Virus record (IMG/VR): IMGVR_UViG_3300047462_000400
Span: 83,051 to 115,050 of that record
DNA from: a virus
Reading direction: 5' to 3' (one strand)
DNA: 32,000 nt
A model generated the notes under the pieces. That model was not told where the DNA came from. It saw nothing but the letters and a program-made list of their open reading frames with translations, and ran no database searches. Position numbers and translations under genes: made by a program. This document shows, in pieces, positions 8,833 through 16,590 of this stretch (position 1 is its first letter; every line of letters starts with the position of its first letter).

Positions 8833-11217
8833 GTTGTAGAGGCCCTCTTCCTGCTGATCACCGATGAAGCCCAGGAACTGGTCTCCATCGCCGAGGCAGG
8901 CGCAGGCCGCCGTGTCGGCTCCACGGTGCTGCGGGCCGGGGCCGGGCAGCGGGGTGGGGCCGGGCTGCCAGCCGCCCTGCTGAGCTTCCGGTCGCCACGC
9001 CTGGTGCTCCATGCCGGGAGCCCAGTCCCCGGGGGGAGCGCCACCGCCGCCGCCGTGATGGCGATGGTGATGGGGCGCCACGGGAGGCGACACCAGCGGA
9101 GGAGGCGCCACCGCAACGGGCGGAGCGGGAGGAGCCGGCGGAGGAGGCGGCGGAGGCACCGCGCCCGCGGGCGGAGGGGGAGGAGGCGGCGGGGGTGCCG
9201 CCGCGGATGCGTCGGGCGGAGGCGGAGGAGGCGGCGGCGCACCGGCCGTCGGATCCTGGCTCACGCCGGGCGGGAGGTAGCCGTACTGCCCCTGCATCGC
9301 CTGCGCACGTGCGATGTGCGGATGGAGATGCGCTGCGCACTGGTAGAGCGCCTCCTGGGGGACACCCGGGAACGCCGAGGTCAGCGCTCCGTAGATGTTG
9401 TTCGGGTTGGCGATCACGCTCGCCGCTCCCTGCACGGCCTGCTGGGGCGCGATGAAGCGCGGCAGGACCGACGAGATGGTGTGCGTGATGTCGCGGAACA
9501 GGTTGCCGACGCCGGTGATCCCAGCAATCCCGGGGGGCTCACCTGGCGTGCTCTTGCCGGTCCCCCAGACGTTCTGGAGTGTGGGGAACATGTCCCCCAT
9601 GCCAGCCGCCTGGTCGAGCGCTTGAGCTGCCGTGGGGAACATGCCCGTGTCGCTCGGGCTGCCGAGCGCGAACGGACCGACGTCGGGAGCGCCGACACCG
9701 GGCTGCGGATACGGCACGCTGCCGACACCGGGCTGCGGATACGCCTGCGGGTACGCGGGCGGACCAGACAGCGCGCCGGCTCCGCCGCCGCTCGAGACCG
9801 CCGTCTGGGGCGGGGTCTGCTTCTGGTTGATGTGCGCCGCGATCTCGGCCGGGTAGAGCCGCGCGATGAAGCTCTTCTGGAGCCCCGCGCTGCTCGTGTC
9901 CTTCGGGGCGAGGAGCGGCATGAAGACGCTCGACCAGAGAGTCGAGAAGAGCTTCACGCTGGAGCCGATGGCCAACCCCTCGAGCGTGCTTCGAACGAAC
10001 GGTTGCTCGACGAAGACGCTCGCGACGGCGGGGACCGCCGCCAGGCCGACGTTGGCCGCGATGCGGAGGAGGCCGGGGGCCGCCGCCACGTTGAGCGTGT
10101 TGGCGAGCGTGCCCGCCCCATCGCTCGTGAACTTGTCCTTGGGCTTGTCGGTGGCCGCCGGATCGTAGGTGGCGAGGAATCGGTCGATTCCGTCCGCCAG
10201 CACGAACCCGAGGCCGCCGGCGATGCAGGCCACCGCCATCTCGGCGACGTACATGCCGCGCCCCTCACGCGCGAACATCCTGCGCGAAGTCGAACGCTTG
10301 TAGCGGCGGCGCGGGCGCGAAGCCTCGGCGACCGTCTGCTCCTCACGCGCACGCTGACGACGCCGACGCGGACGGCGCGGCGCTTCGTACGCAAACGTCT
10401 CCCGCGCGCGACGCCGACGGGGTCTCGTGTGCGAGGTGCCCTTCCGGCGACGGCGCGCCCAACCCTTCTTCGCGGCCTTCGCGTGCGCGGCCTTGTCGTT
10501 CTTCCACGCCTCGCTCGCGCGAGTCCGCCGACGGGGGCGAGAACGCGGACGGCGCGTCGTCTCCTCCATCATGTGACCACCGGTCGGAGCGTGATGACGG
10601 CGGCGGCGGCGAGCCGGTCGACGAGCCTCGGCCGCAGCAGCGCGCGCGACCGGAGCCTCGCGAGCTCCGTGCCTCTTGCGCTTGCGCCAGCCCTTCTTTG
10701 CGGCCTCGCTGCGCTCACGCTTGGTCTCGCCCTTTCGGCGCCTCGGCCGACGACGGGGACGAGATGCTTCCTTGGTGGTGGTGGAGCGACGCCTAGCTGC
10801 CATGTCTTCCTCTCGTGCGACTACGGCGCGAATGCCGTGGCCGAATGTGATGGTCCTCTTGACCTTGAGCCCCTTGGGGTCGAACTGACGAATCCGGATG
10901 TACTGATCGGTGACGTGGACCTTGCCGTACTTGTAACCGTGCGACTTGGCCCAAGCCTTCGCCTTGCTGTCCGTCCAGCCGGCGCTCCGATCGAAGAGGA
11001 GAGACTGGACGTCCATCGAAGGACGTCGCGCCTCACCAATCGGGGGAGTGGCAGCAGGACGGGCAGGTGCGGATCGTGGTGCAGACGGAGGTCGTGCGAC
11101 CGCTCCCGAAGAACGCGGAGCAACCGCCGAGCGTGTCGGTGCCGGCCAGCGATCCGCGACGCGACGGCCACGTCGAGAAGCGCTGAGTTCGGCGAGGCGG
11201 TTGTCGTAGAGCCCCAT
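8830..11217 (-). CDS. large protein: globular N-domain, protamine-like Arg-rich region with AAKKGW repeats, hydrophobic segments, Pro-rich C-terminus
   Basis: ORF track 795 aa, ATG at 11217. Runs of RPRRRPRRRK, AAKKGWRKRKR and AAKKGWARRRRKG. Hydrophobic segments include YVAEMAVACIAGGLGFVLADGI and LLRIAANVGLAAVPAVASVFV. Poly-Pro tracts near the C-terminus. Confidence 0.75.
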   Translation of the reverse strand: MGLYDNRLAELSASRRGRRVADRWPAPTRSAVAPRSSGAVARPPSAPRSAPARPAATPPIGEARRPSMDVQSLLFDRSAGWTDSKAKAWAKSHGYKYGKVHVTDQYIRIRQFDPKGLKVKRTITFGHGIRAVVAREEDMAARRRSTTTKEASRPRRRPRRRKGETKRERSEAAKKGWRKRKRHGAREAPVARAAAAEARRPARRRRRHHAPTGGHMMEETTRRPRSRPRRRTRASEAWKNDKAAHAKAAKKGWARRRRKGTSHTRPRRRRARETFAYEAPRRPRRRRQRAREEQTVAEASRPRRRYKRSTSRRMFAREGRGMYVAEMAVACIAGGLGFVLADGIDRFLATYDPAATDKPKDKFTSDGAGTLANTLNVAAAPGLLRIAANVGLAAVPAVASVFVEQPFVRSTLEGLAIGSSVKLFSTLWSSVFMPLLAPKDTSSAGLQKSFIARLYPAEIAAHINQKQTPPQTAVSSGGGAGALSGPPAYPQAYPQPGVGSVPYPQPGVGAPDVGPFALGSPSDTGMFPTAAQALDQAAGMGDMFPTLQNVWGTGKSTPGEPPGIAGITGVGNLFRDITHTISSVLPRFIAPQQAVQGAASVIANPNNIYGALTSAFPGVPQEALYQCAAHLHPHIARAQAMQGQYGYLPPGVSQDPTAGAPPPPPPPPDASAAAPPPPPPPPPAGAVPPPPPPPAPPAPPVAVAPPPLVSPPVAPHHHRHHGGGGGAPPGDWAPGMEHQAWRPEAQQGGWQPGPTPLPGPGPQHRGADTAACACLGDGDQFLGFIGDQQEEGLYN

Positions 11218-11280
11218 GTCACGACTGTTTCAACAGGCTATCGAGCCAGTTTTTTCATGAGAAGGTTCTCCAATTCACGA

Positions 11281-11480
11281 ATGCACACGCATGCACGTGC
11301 ACGTGCACACGATGCACGGTTGCGCACGCCGCAAACGGTGGTTATGCACGCCGCGGATGCACGGCTAGAAGCCGTTAGCGATCAACTACTTATGCATCGG
11401 TGCGCGTCGCGTGCATCTGCATGTGTGCACACGTGCAGCGCGTGCGTGCGCATGCATGCGCGCGTGCATGTCGAATGCAC
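11281..11480. promoter_or_regulatory. dense array of RTGCAY hexamers (ATGCACG / CGTGCAT / GTGCAC / ATGCAT) in the largest non-coding gap
   Basis: ATGCAC at 11281, 11291, 11312, 11344, 11357 and 11475. The complement GTGCAT at 11411 and 11464. Palindromic GTGCAC at 11297, 11303 and 11425. ATGCAT at 11392 and 11452. The ORFs listed here (11386..12075 -, 11400..12059 +) are Cys/His/Ala artefacts of the repeat. Confidence 0.6.
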
Positions 11481-11485
11481 GATTA

Positions 11486-11513
11486 TGGACTCCGCGTGGA
11501 CTCCGCGCGGAGT
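11486..11513. promoter_or_regulatory. perfect tandem 11-mer TGGACTCCGCG x2 merging into the palindrome ACTCCGCGCGGAGT
   Basis: 11486-11496 and 11497-11507 are identical. 11500-11513 is a perfect 14-bp palindrome. The same 11-mer pair occurs at 18308-18328. Confidence 0.6.
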
Positions 11514-12176
11514 TCAACGGATGCCGGGGTAGAGCAGATCCGGCGCAGTCGCTGGACCGCTGAGCGCGCCGTCGCCGCCGCCGCTCATCCCTACGAAGTC
11601 GCCATGCGCGACTGCACGCTGATCTTTTCCGGGCTCCACCCACCACTCGCGCGCGTGCGGCGCAACGCGACCAGCCGGGTGATTGGTCGTGCCGTCCATC
11701 TTCACCCAGTCGTCGAGCTCGTCCTGGAACGCCATGAAAACGTGCGTCGGAACGTCGACCGGGTCCTTGTAGCTGCTGCCGATAATCATGGCCGGGATGG
11801 CGATCGACATCAGCGCGGCAGCGAGCGCGATGGCTGCCTCGTCGCAGTCGCCGCCGATGATGCAGAGACCACCCTCGTCGAGGCAGAGCAGCTGGTCGGG
11901 CGTCGCCATGAACTCGCCCATGAGCGGGTCCGCGGCGTACGGAACCTTCTTCCGGAATGCATCGAGGATGCACTGAGCGATCTGGAGCCGACTGCTCTTC
12001 GACGGAGAGAGACCGCAGCTCGCGATCTGTTGCAGCACCCACGCGCGAAGGCGCGGTGACATGCGCGCTTTCCACGCGCGCGCTGCAACCTCCTCGAGCG
12101 ACATGAGCGCGCCCTTGCGGCCCGCCGGATGCGGACGTTGATCGAGCTGCACACCAGTGACGGGCTTATCGATCAT
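11514..12176 (-). CDS. transglutaminase-like cysteine protease fold protein (220 aa)
   Basis: Internal ATG (12176-12174) overlaps the upstream TGA (ATGA). GGDCDEAAIALAAALMSIAIPAMIIGSSY ... THVFMAF ... DWVKMDGT fits the Cys-His-Asp transglutaminase-core pattern. The upstream part of the 333-aa ORF is Arg-rich shadow sequence. Confidence 0.65.
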   Translation of the reverse strand: MIDKPVTGVQLDQRPHPAGRKGALMSLEEVAARAWKARMSPRLRAWVLQQIASCGLSPSKSSRLQIAQCILDAFRKKVPYAADPLMGEFMATPDQLLCLDEGGLCIIGGDCDEAAIALAAALMSIAIPAMIIGSSYKDPVDVPTHVFMAFQDELDDWVKMDGTTNHPAGRVAPHAREWWVEPGKDQRAVAHGDFVGMSGGGDGALSGPATAPDLLYPGIR

Positions 12177-12973
12177 CGTCCCCTCCGCGCTGCGCGCCGC
12201 GAGCTCGTTCCTCGTCGTCGTCCGCGTGGAGCTGGCTTGTGGTGGGTCGCGAGGTAGATGATGCCGCCCACCGTGCCGGCCCCGAGGAGGCCCAGGCCGA
12301 CCATTGCGCCGGTGCTCATCCCCTTGTGCGGCGTTGGAGTCGCTGCGGGCGCAGGCACTGGTGAAGGCGCAGGCGTAGGCGCAGGAGCAGCGAGCGCCGG
12401 ACATGCAGCCGGAGCGTTGCTCCCGAGCACGGTCGCCATCGCATCGGCGGTCGCCTTCTCGAAGGTGCCGGTGCCGAGCGGCACGGGCAGTGGATTGTTC
12501 GGCACCGCGTTCCACGCGACCTTGAAGTCGTGCACGGCGGCGTTCACCTTGCTGCCTGCCTGCTGCACCGACTGGCAGAAGTTCGGGTCCGCGGCGATGG
12601 CGGCAGCAGCGGCTTGTGCAGCACCAAGCACGTCCGCAACTGACTGCGGTCCGGTGAACGTGGTCGCGGGCGCCGGTTGGGGAGCGGGCGCTTGCCCAAG
12701 CGCGCCCTTACCGGGCGTCACGCCGTCTGCGTACGGGAGCGCCGCGAAGTATTCGGGCGGCAGCTGGTCCATCTCGCCGTTGAACCACTTGTCAGGCAGC
12801 CAGAGTCGCTCACCGGGATGCAGCGACTGGAACGTGATGAAGCCGTTTGGGAACGTGATCGTCGGCTTGTGCGGGTTCGCGCGGATGAGGTCCACCGCGC
12901 ACTTCGGGCAACCAGCGTAACGGACCGCGATGTTCGCCGGGCTGTCGCCCTCGCGTGCTTCGTAGACCTGCAT
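12173..12973 (-). CDS. LysM-like protein with C-terminal TM anchor and Arg-rich tail
   Basis: MQVYEAREGDSPANIAVRYAG...LIRANPHKPTITFPNGFITFQSLHPGERLWLP. C-terminus is [54 protein letters not shown] lies 7 nt before the ATG at 12973. Confidence 0.75.
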   Translation of the reverse strand: MQVYEAREGDSPANIAVRYAGCPKCAVDLIRANPHKPTITFPNGFITFQSLHPGERLWLPDKWFNGEMDQLPPEYFAALPYADGVTPGKGALGQAPAPQPAPATTFTGPQSVADVLGAAQAAAAAIAADPNFCQSVQQAGSKVNAAVHDFKVAWNAVPNNPLPVPLGTGTFEKATADAMATVLGSNAPAACPALAAPAPTPAPSPVPAPAATPTPHKGMSTGAMVGLGLLGAGTVGGIIYLATHHKPAPRGRRRGTSSRRAARRGR

Positions 12974-13002
12974 AGCCTGCTCTCCGGATCCTTTGGGCTG
13001 AC

Positions 13003-13027
13003 GATTGCAACCGTCGCCTTTGCAATC
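13003..13027. repeat. inverted repeat GATTGCAA-N9-TTGCAATC in an intergenic spacer
   Basis: Perfect 8-bp arms at 13003-13010 and 13020-13027, between the stop at 13055 and the start at 12973. No U-tract follows it. Confidence 0.5.
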
Positions 13028-13054
13028 CAGCCTACGCGCACACCCCTTGACGGT

Positions 13055-13378
13055 CTAGGGGATGGGCGGGCGCCGTCCGCGCGGGAACGGTGAGGGCATC
13101 GGAGGAAAGTGCGGGTGCGGCGGCAACATCGGCATCGGCGTGAGCATCGCGAGCGATTGCAATGCAACCGCGAGCTGGTCGGCGCGCACGCGCACGTTCT
13201 TGCCGCCGAATGCATCCCCCTTTCCGCGCACTTCGAGCACCGCTCCGACGCTCGGCGTTCCGTCGATGGCCTCGATCGGTACTTCGATGCAACCGAGGCA
13301 TGGACGAATCTTTCCCACCTCCTCGAATTCCGCGTTCGCGACTCCGAACACGTCGCCGCCGCCGTCGCCGCCGTTCAT
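13055..13378 (-). CDS. hypothetical protein (107 aa), Pro-rich C-terminus
   Basis: ORF track entry. The ATG at 13378 overlaps the upstream TGA (ATGA). Confidence 0.6.
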   Translation of the reverse strand: MNGGDGGGDVFGVANAEFEEVGKIRPCLGCIEVPIEAIDGTPSVGAVLEVRGKGDAFGGKNVRVRADQLAVALQSLAMLTPMPMLPPHPHFPPMPSPFPRGRRPPIP

Positions 13379-13563
13379 GTGCCATCTCCATTGCGCTTCG
13401 GCATGTAGACCTGCACGGGGCCGAGCGTCCGGATGCCCTCCGTGTCGATCGCCATCTTCACGAGCGGGTTCTTGAGCAGCTCACCGAGCTTGTTGGCGAC
13501 GTCGACCGCGTGGTGGTCGTTCGCTGCGTCGATGTCGACGTGCATGAGCACTCGGTACTTCAT
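13375..13563 (-). CDS. small hypothetical protein (62 aa)
   Basis: Internal Met of ORF 13375..13746 (MKYRVLMHVDIDAANDHHAVDVANKLGELLKNPLVKMAIDTEGIRTLGPVQVYMPKRNGDGT). Its ATG at 13563 overlaps the upstream TGA (ATGA). Confidence 0.6.
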   Translation of the reverse strand: MKYRVLMHVDIDAANDHHAVDVANKLGELLKNPLVKMAIDTEGIRTLGPVQVYMPKRNGDGT

Positions 13564-13994
13564 GACGGCTCGCGCTCGTGCATGGGCGGTTGCTCGTGCG
13601 GTCCGGATGCAGGCGGCGGCGGCGCGATGAAGCAGAACGGGTGACCGCAGTGCCGGCAGCTCGCGCGGTTCGGGTTGTTGAACGTCGCGCACTTGCAACA
13701 TCCGATGCCGGCCTCTGCGTGCCGGGATGCTTCGATAGGGAAGCACCGCTGGGCAGGCTCACGGATCGGCCGGACGTTGTCGGGGTCCTCCTGCGCGTAC
13801 GGTCCCACCGGTTGCGGTTGCGGGTACGGGCCAGGAACGTATCCCGGTGGCGCACCAGGCGGCACCCAACCGGGAGGAGGTAGAGCAGGCTTTGCACCTC
13901 GTGCGGTTGCACCGACCCGAACGCCTTGTTGATGGCGCGGAAGATGACGCTCCAGCTCGTCGTGGTTGAACTCGAAGTTGATGACCGTTCGCAT
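13560..13994 (-). CDS. protein with RanBP2-type zinc-ribbon motif
   Basis: ATG at 13994 with GGAGGG 7 nt upstream. CCKCATFNNPNRASCRHC fits C-x2-C-x3-N-x6-C-x2-C. A Pro/Gly/Tyr-rich linker lies N-terminal to it. Confidence 0.65.
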   Translation of the reverse strand: MRTVINFEFNHDELERHLPRHQQGVRVGATARGAKPALPPPGWVPPGAPPGYVPGPYPQPQPVGPYAQEDPDNVRPIREPAQRCFPIEASRHAEAGIGCCKCATFNNPNRASCRHCGHPFCFIAPPPPASGPHEQPPMHEREPS

Positions 13995-14027
13995 CAGGAC
14001 GCCCTCCGTACCCCAGGTCTAGGTCGC

Positions 14028-16067
14028 TCAGCCGCCCATGCCGGGCGGCATCCCCCACGTTCTCCGTTTCGGCTCACCCGCCGCTTCCGAGATTGGGGGG
14101 GGCATCTGCGCGGGGGGCTCCGGGAGCGCCTGCTGTACCGGCGCAGCGGGAGCCGCGGGCGGCTGCGACGCAGCTGGTGCTACTGCCATGGGCGGTCCCA
14201 CGACGTACCCGGGCGGGGGCTGCTGGAGTGGGCGACCGTCTGCACCGACCTCGATGTACCCCGCCGGCAATTGCGGTCTCGGTTGCGCGGCAGCGGCCTG
14301 CCTCGTCTCCCGTTCCGCCTGCGCTTTGCGGATCTTGTCGGTCTGCTCGCCGATGAAGTTGAGGAACCGGTCGAGGTTGGCAGCGCCGGTCTCCCAGAGT
14401 CGCCCGGACCCGTCGCTCTTGTTGATGATGACCTTGCCCAGCCCGGTATCGAGGATGCGCACCGGGCTGTCCTCCTCCGGATCGCGCTCCGGTTCTGGAG
14501 GGGGAGGAGCGGCTGGCTGCTGGGGGGGTCGAATCTCGTCCGCGAACTGGACGATCGTCCGGAAGAGGGACATCGACTCACGCATCTCTTCAGCTGCCGA
14601 CTTCTGGCGCTGGGGCGGCTGGTACGGGACCGGACCCGGGGGGGCGGTCGGGTCGTTGGCCGGCGGCTGCCCGTAGTAAGAAGGAGGAGGGCGTGGTCCG
14701 CCGTACGGTCCTCGGTAGGGGCCGGCGCCCGGTCGCATAGCCACGCTGCCCCCCTGGACCGCTTGCCGAAGCGATTCTTCGGGCACGAATCCCCATCCGG
14801 GCACGAAGACCGTGCCGGGCGGGGGAGGCGGTTGCTGGACCGGCGCCGGTGCGGGAGGGGGAGCGGGCGCCCCGAACGCTTGCGCGAGCCGTTCGGTCTG
14901 GATGAACCCGAAGTTGGGGACGTGCGACCAACCGGGAGGCGCCTGCATCTGCGGCGCCGGAGCCGGTTGCGGAGGCGGTGCAGGAGGCGGAGGGGGCGCC
15001 GGAGGAGGTACGGCTGCGGTAGCCGCTGCGACGGCTGCGGCGGCGGTCTGCTGCATCGCGTACTGCGCACGCTGCAAGAAGTCGAACTGCTGCTGCTGCA
15101 TGAGCTGCATCATCGACCCGAAGTCCGGCGGTAGGCCCGCCGGTACCGGGCGGCCTTGCTGCGTCGCCGCCGACCAGAGCTCCCACTGCTGGCGCTGCCA
15201 CGCCATCAGGCCGTTCATGTCGATGCCGGGAGGAGGCGCAGGCGGGGGCGCGGGCTGCATCACGGCAGGAGCCGGAGCCGCTACCGGTGCGGGAGCGGGC
15301 ACGGGCGCGGGTGCAGGTTGCGCGACGGGAGGAGGTTGGGCCGCCATCGGCGGCTGCTGGTAACCCGGGGGCGGGTAACCGCCGGGTGGATAGCCGCCGG
15401 GCGGGTAACCGTACGGTGCTGCCGCGGGCGGGTAGCCAGGCGCCGCAGGAGCGTACCCAGGAGGAGGCTGCTGCGGAGGGTAACCGAACGGGTTGAAAGG
15501 GTTCATGGGCGGCTGTCCTTGCAGTTGCGGCTGGGGCTGGGGCTGCGCTTGCTGCGTGCGCCCGTCCGGCATCGTGATCTTGCCTTTGCCGAGGTACTTC
15601 TTGCTGCTCCGGTCGACGAAGTTGATCGCGTAGTCTGCTTCAGCGTTCGTGCCGTGGAGCTGCCGGAGGCACTCATAGAGCTCGGAACCGTTGCGCGGAC
15701 CGCTGTTGATGACGTTCTGCGTGGGCGAACCGGTGATTCGCTTGACGCTGATCTCTATCTCGTTCGGCGCCCAGTACCGCGTGATGTTGCCGTACAGCAC
15801 GAGCACGTCGTCCACGTTGAAGTGGACGCCGGTCATGTTCGCGCGCTTCTTGCCGACGATGGTGTCGATGCGCGCGTTCTCGCGGATGCTCTCCGCATCG
15901 AGCGCGCCGAGCTCTCGGACCTTGGCCTCGTCGATCACGAGCTCGCCGGTGTCCGGGTCCGGCTCTGCACCGACCTCGGCGACGATGTCCGCCTCGTCCT
16001 GCTGGATCGGGGTGCTTACACCTTGCTCGGGCTGCTGCTGCTGACGAATTCTTCTGCGTGCCGCCAT
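14028..16067 (-). CDS. large hypothetical protein with globular N-domain and long P/Q/G/Y low-complexity core
   Basis: ORF track 679 aa, ATG at 16067. GYPPGGYPPGGYPPPGY and PAPAPVPAPAP tracts. No family recognised. Confidence 0.7.
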   Translation of the reverse strand: MAARRRIRQQQQPEQGVSTPIQQDEADIVAEVGAEPDPDTGELVIDEAKVRELGALDAESIRENARIDTIVGKKRANMTGVHFNVDDVLVLYGNITRYWAPNEIEISVKRITGSPTQNVINSGPRNGSELYECLRQLHGTNAEADYAINFVDRSSKKYLGKGKITMPDGRTQQAQPQPQPQLQGQPPMNPFNPFGYPPQQPPPGYAPAAPGYPPAAAPYGYPPGGYPPGGYPPPGYQQPPMAAQPPPVAQPAPAPVPAPAPVAAPAPAVMQPAPPPAPPPGIDMNGLMAWQRQQWELWSAATQQGRPVPAGLPPDFGSMMQLMQQQQFDFLQRAQYAMQQTAAAAVAAATAAVPPPAPPPPPAPPPQPAPAPQMQAPPGWSHVPNFGFIQTERLAQAFGAPAPPPAPAPVQQPPPPPGTVFVPGWGFVPEESLRQAVQGGSVAMRPGAGPYRGPYGGPRPPPSYYGQPPANDPTAPPGPVPYQPPQRQKSAAEEMRESMSLFRTIVQFADEIRPPQQPAAPPPPEPERDPEEDSPVRILDTGLGKVIINKSDGSGRLWETGAANLDRFLNFIGEQTDKIRKAQAERETRQAAAAQPRPQLPAGYIEVGADGRPLQQPPPGYVVGPPMAVAPAASQPPAAPAAPVQQALPEPPAQMPPPISEAAGEPKRRTWGMPPGMGG

Positions 16068-16074
16068 CTACCCC

Positions 16075-16545
16075 TCAAGACGGTGCAGTCTGTCCATTCG
16101 TAACTGGCGCCTGCTCGGGCTCCGGATCTCCGGGCTCCGGCTCGGGCTCTGGCTCGTCCTCCTCGGCGGCGGCGAGCTCCTCCACGAAGACGTCGAGCGG
16201 CATCGCTTCCTCGATGAGCCGCACCCAGCTCATCGGAACGAGGTTGCGCATCCCGGCCTTGCCGTCGTCCGACACCGAGTAAACCTCGACGCCACCCCGG
16301 TCGACGAACATCCGCATGACCTTCATCTGCGGCACGAGCGGATGCGCCTGCCCGACGATCCACGTGATGGGCTCTTCCTTCGTGCTCTGTTCGAGGGAGA
16401 TGGACCCCTTGCAGTGCGGGCAGCCCACGGTCTTGGTCTGCGCTTCCGGGAAGAGTGCGTTCGAGATCATGCGCGTGAGCATCGGGAAGCCCGGCTCCGG
16501 CAGTACGACGTTCCTTGTGGCAGTGGTGCCGGTGGGCTGAGTCAT
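16075..16545 (-). CDS. hypothetical protein with acidic C-terminal tail (EEDEPEPEPEPGDPEPE)
   Basis: ORF track 156 aa. ATG at 16545 with GGAAGGAAAG upstream. Confidence 0.65.
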   Translation of the reverse strand: MTQPTGTTATRNVVLPEPGFPMLTRMISNALFPEAQTKTVGCPHCKGSISLEQSTKEEPITWIVGQAHPLVPQMKVMRMFVDRGGVEVYSVSDDGKAGMRNLVPMSWVRLIEEAMPLDVFVEELAAAEEDEPEPEPEPGDPEPEQAPVTNGQTAPS

Positions 16546-16590
16546 GAGAAAACTTTCCTTCCGATGGGCAAGCGGAATTGCGAGAACCCT

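Noticed and set aside
8656-11532. 958-aa + strand ORF, the longest in the track
   Set aside because: It is extremely Arg/Gly/Ala-rich with no recognisable domains. It lies antisense to a minus-strand ORF that has domain-like segments, hydrophobic helices and operon context. This is a typical high-GC shadow ORF.
11386-12075. ORFs running through the 11220-11513 gap on both strands
   Set aside because: Their Cys/His/Ala/Arg strings are produced by the RTGCAY repeats. There is no coding-like third-position bias there.
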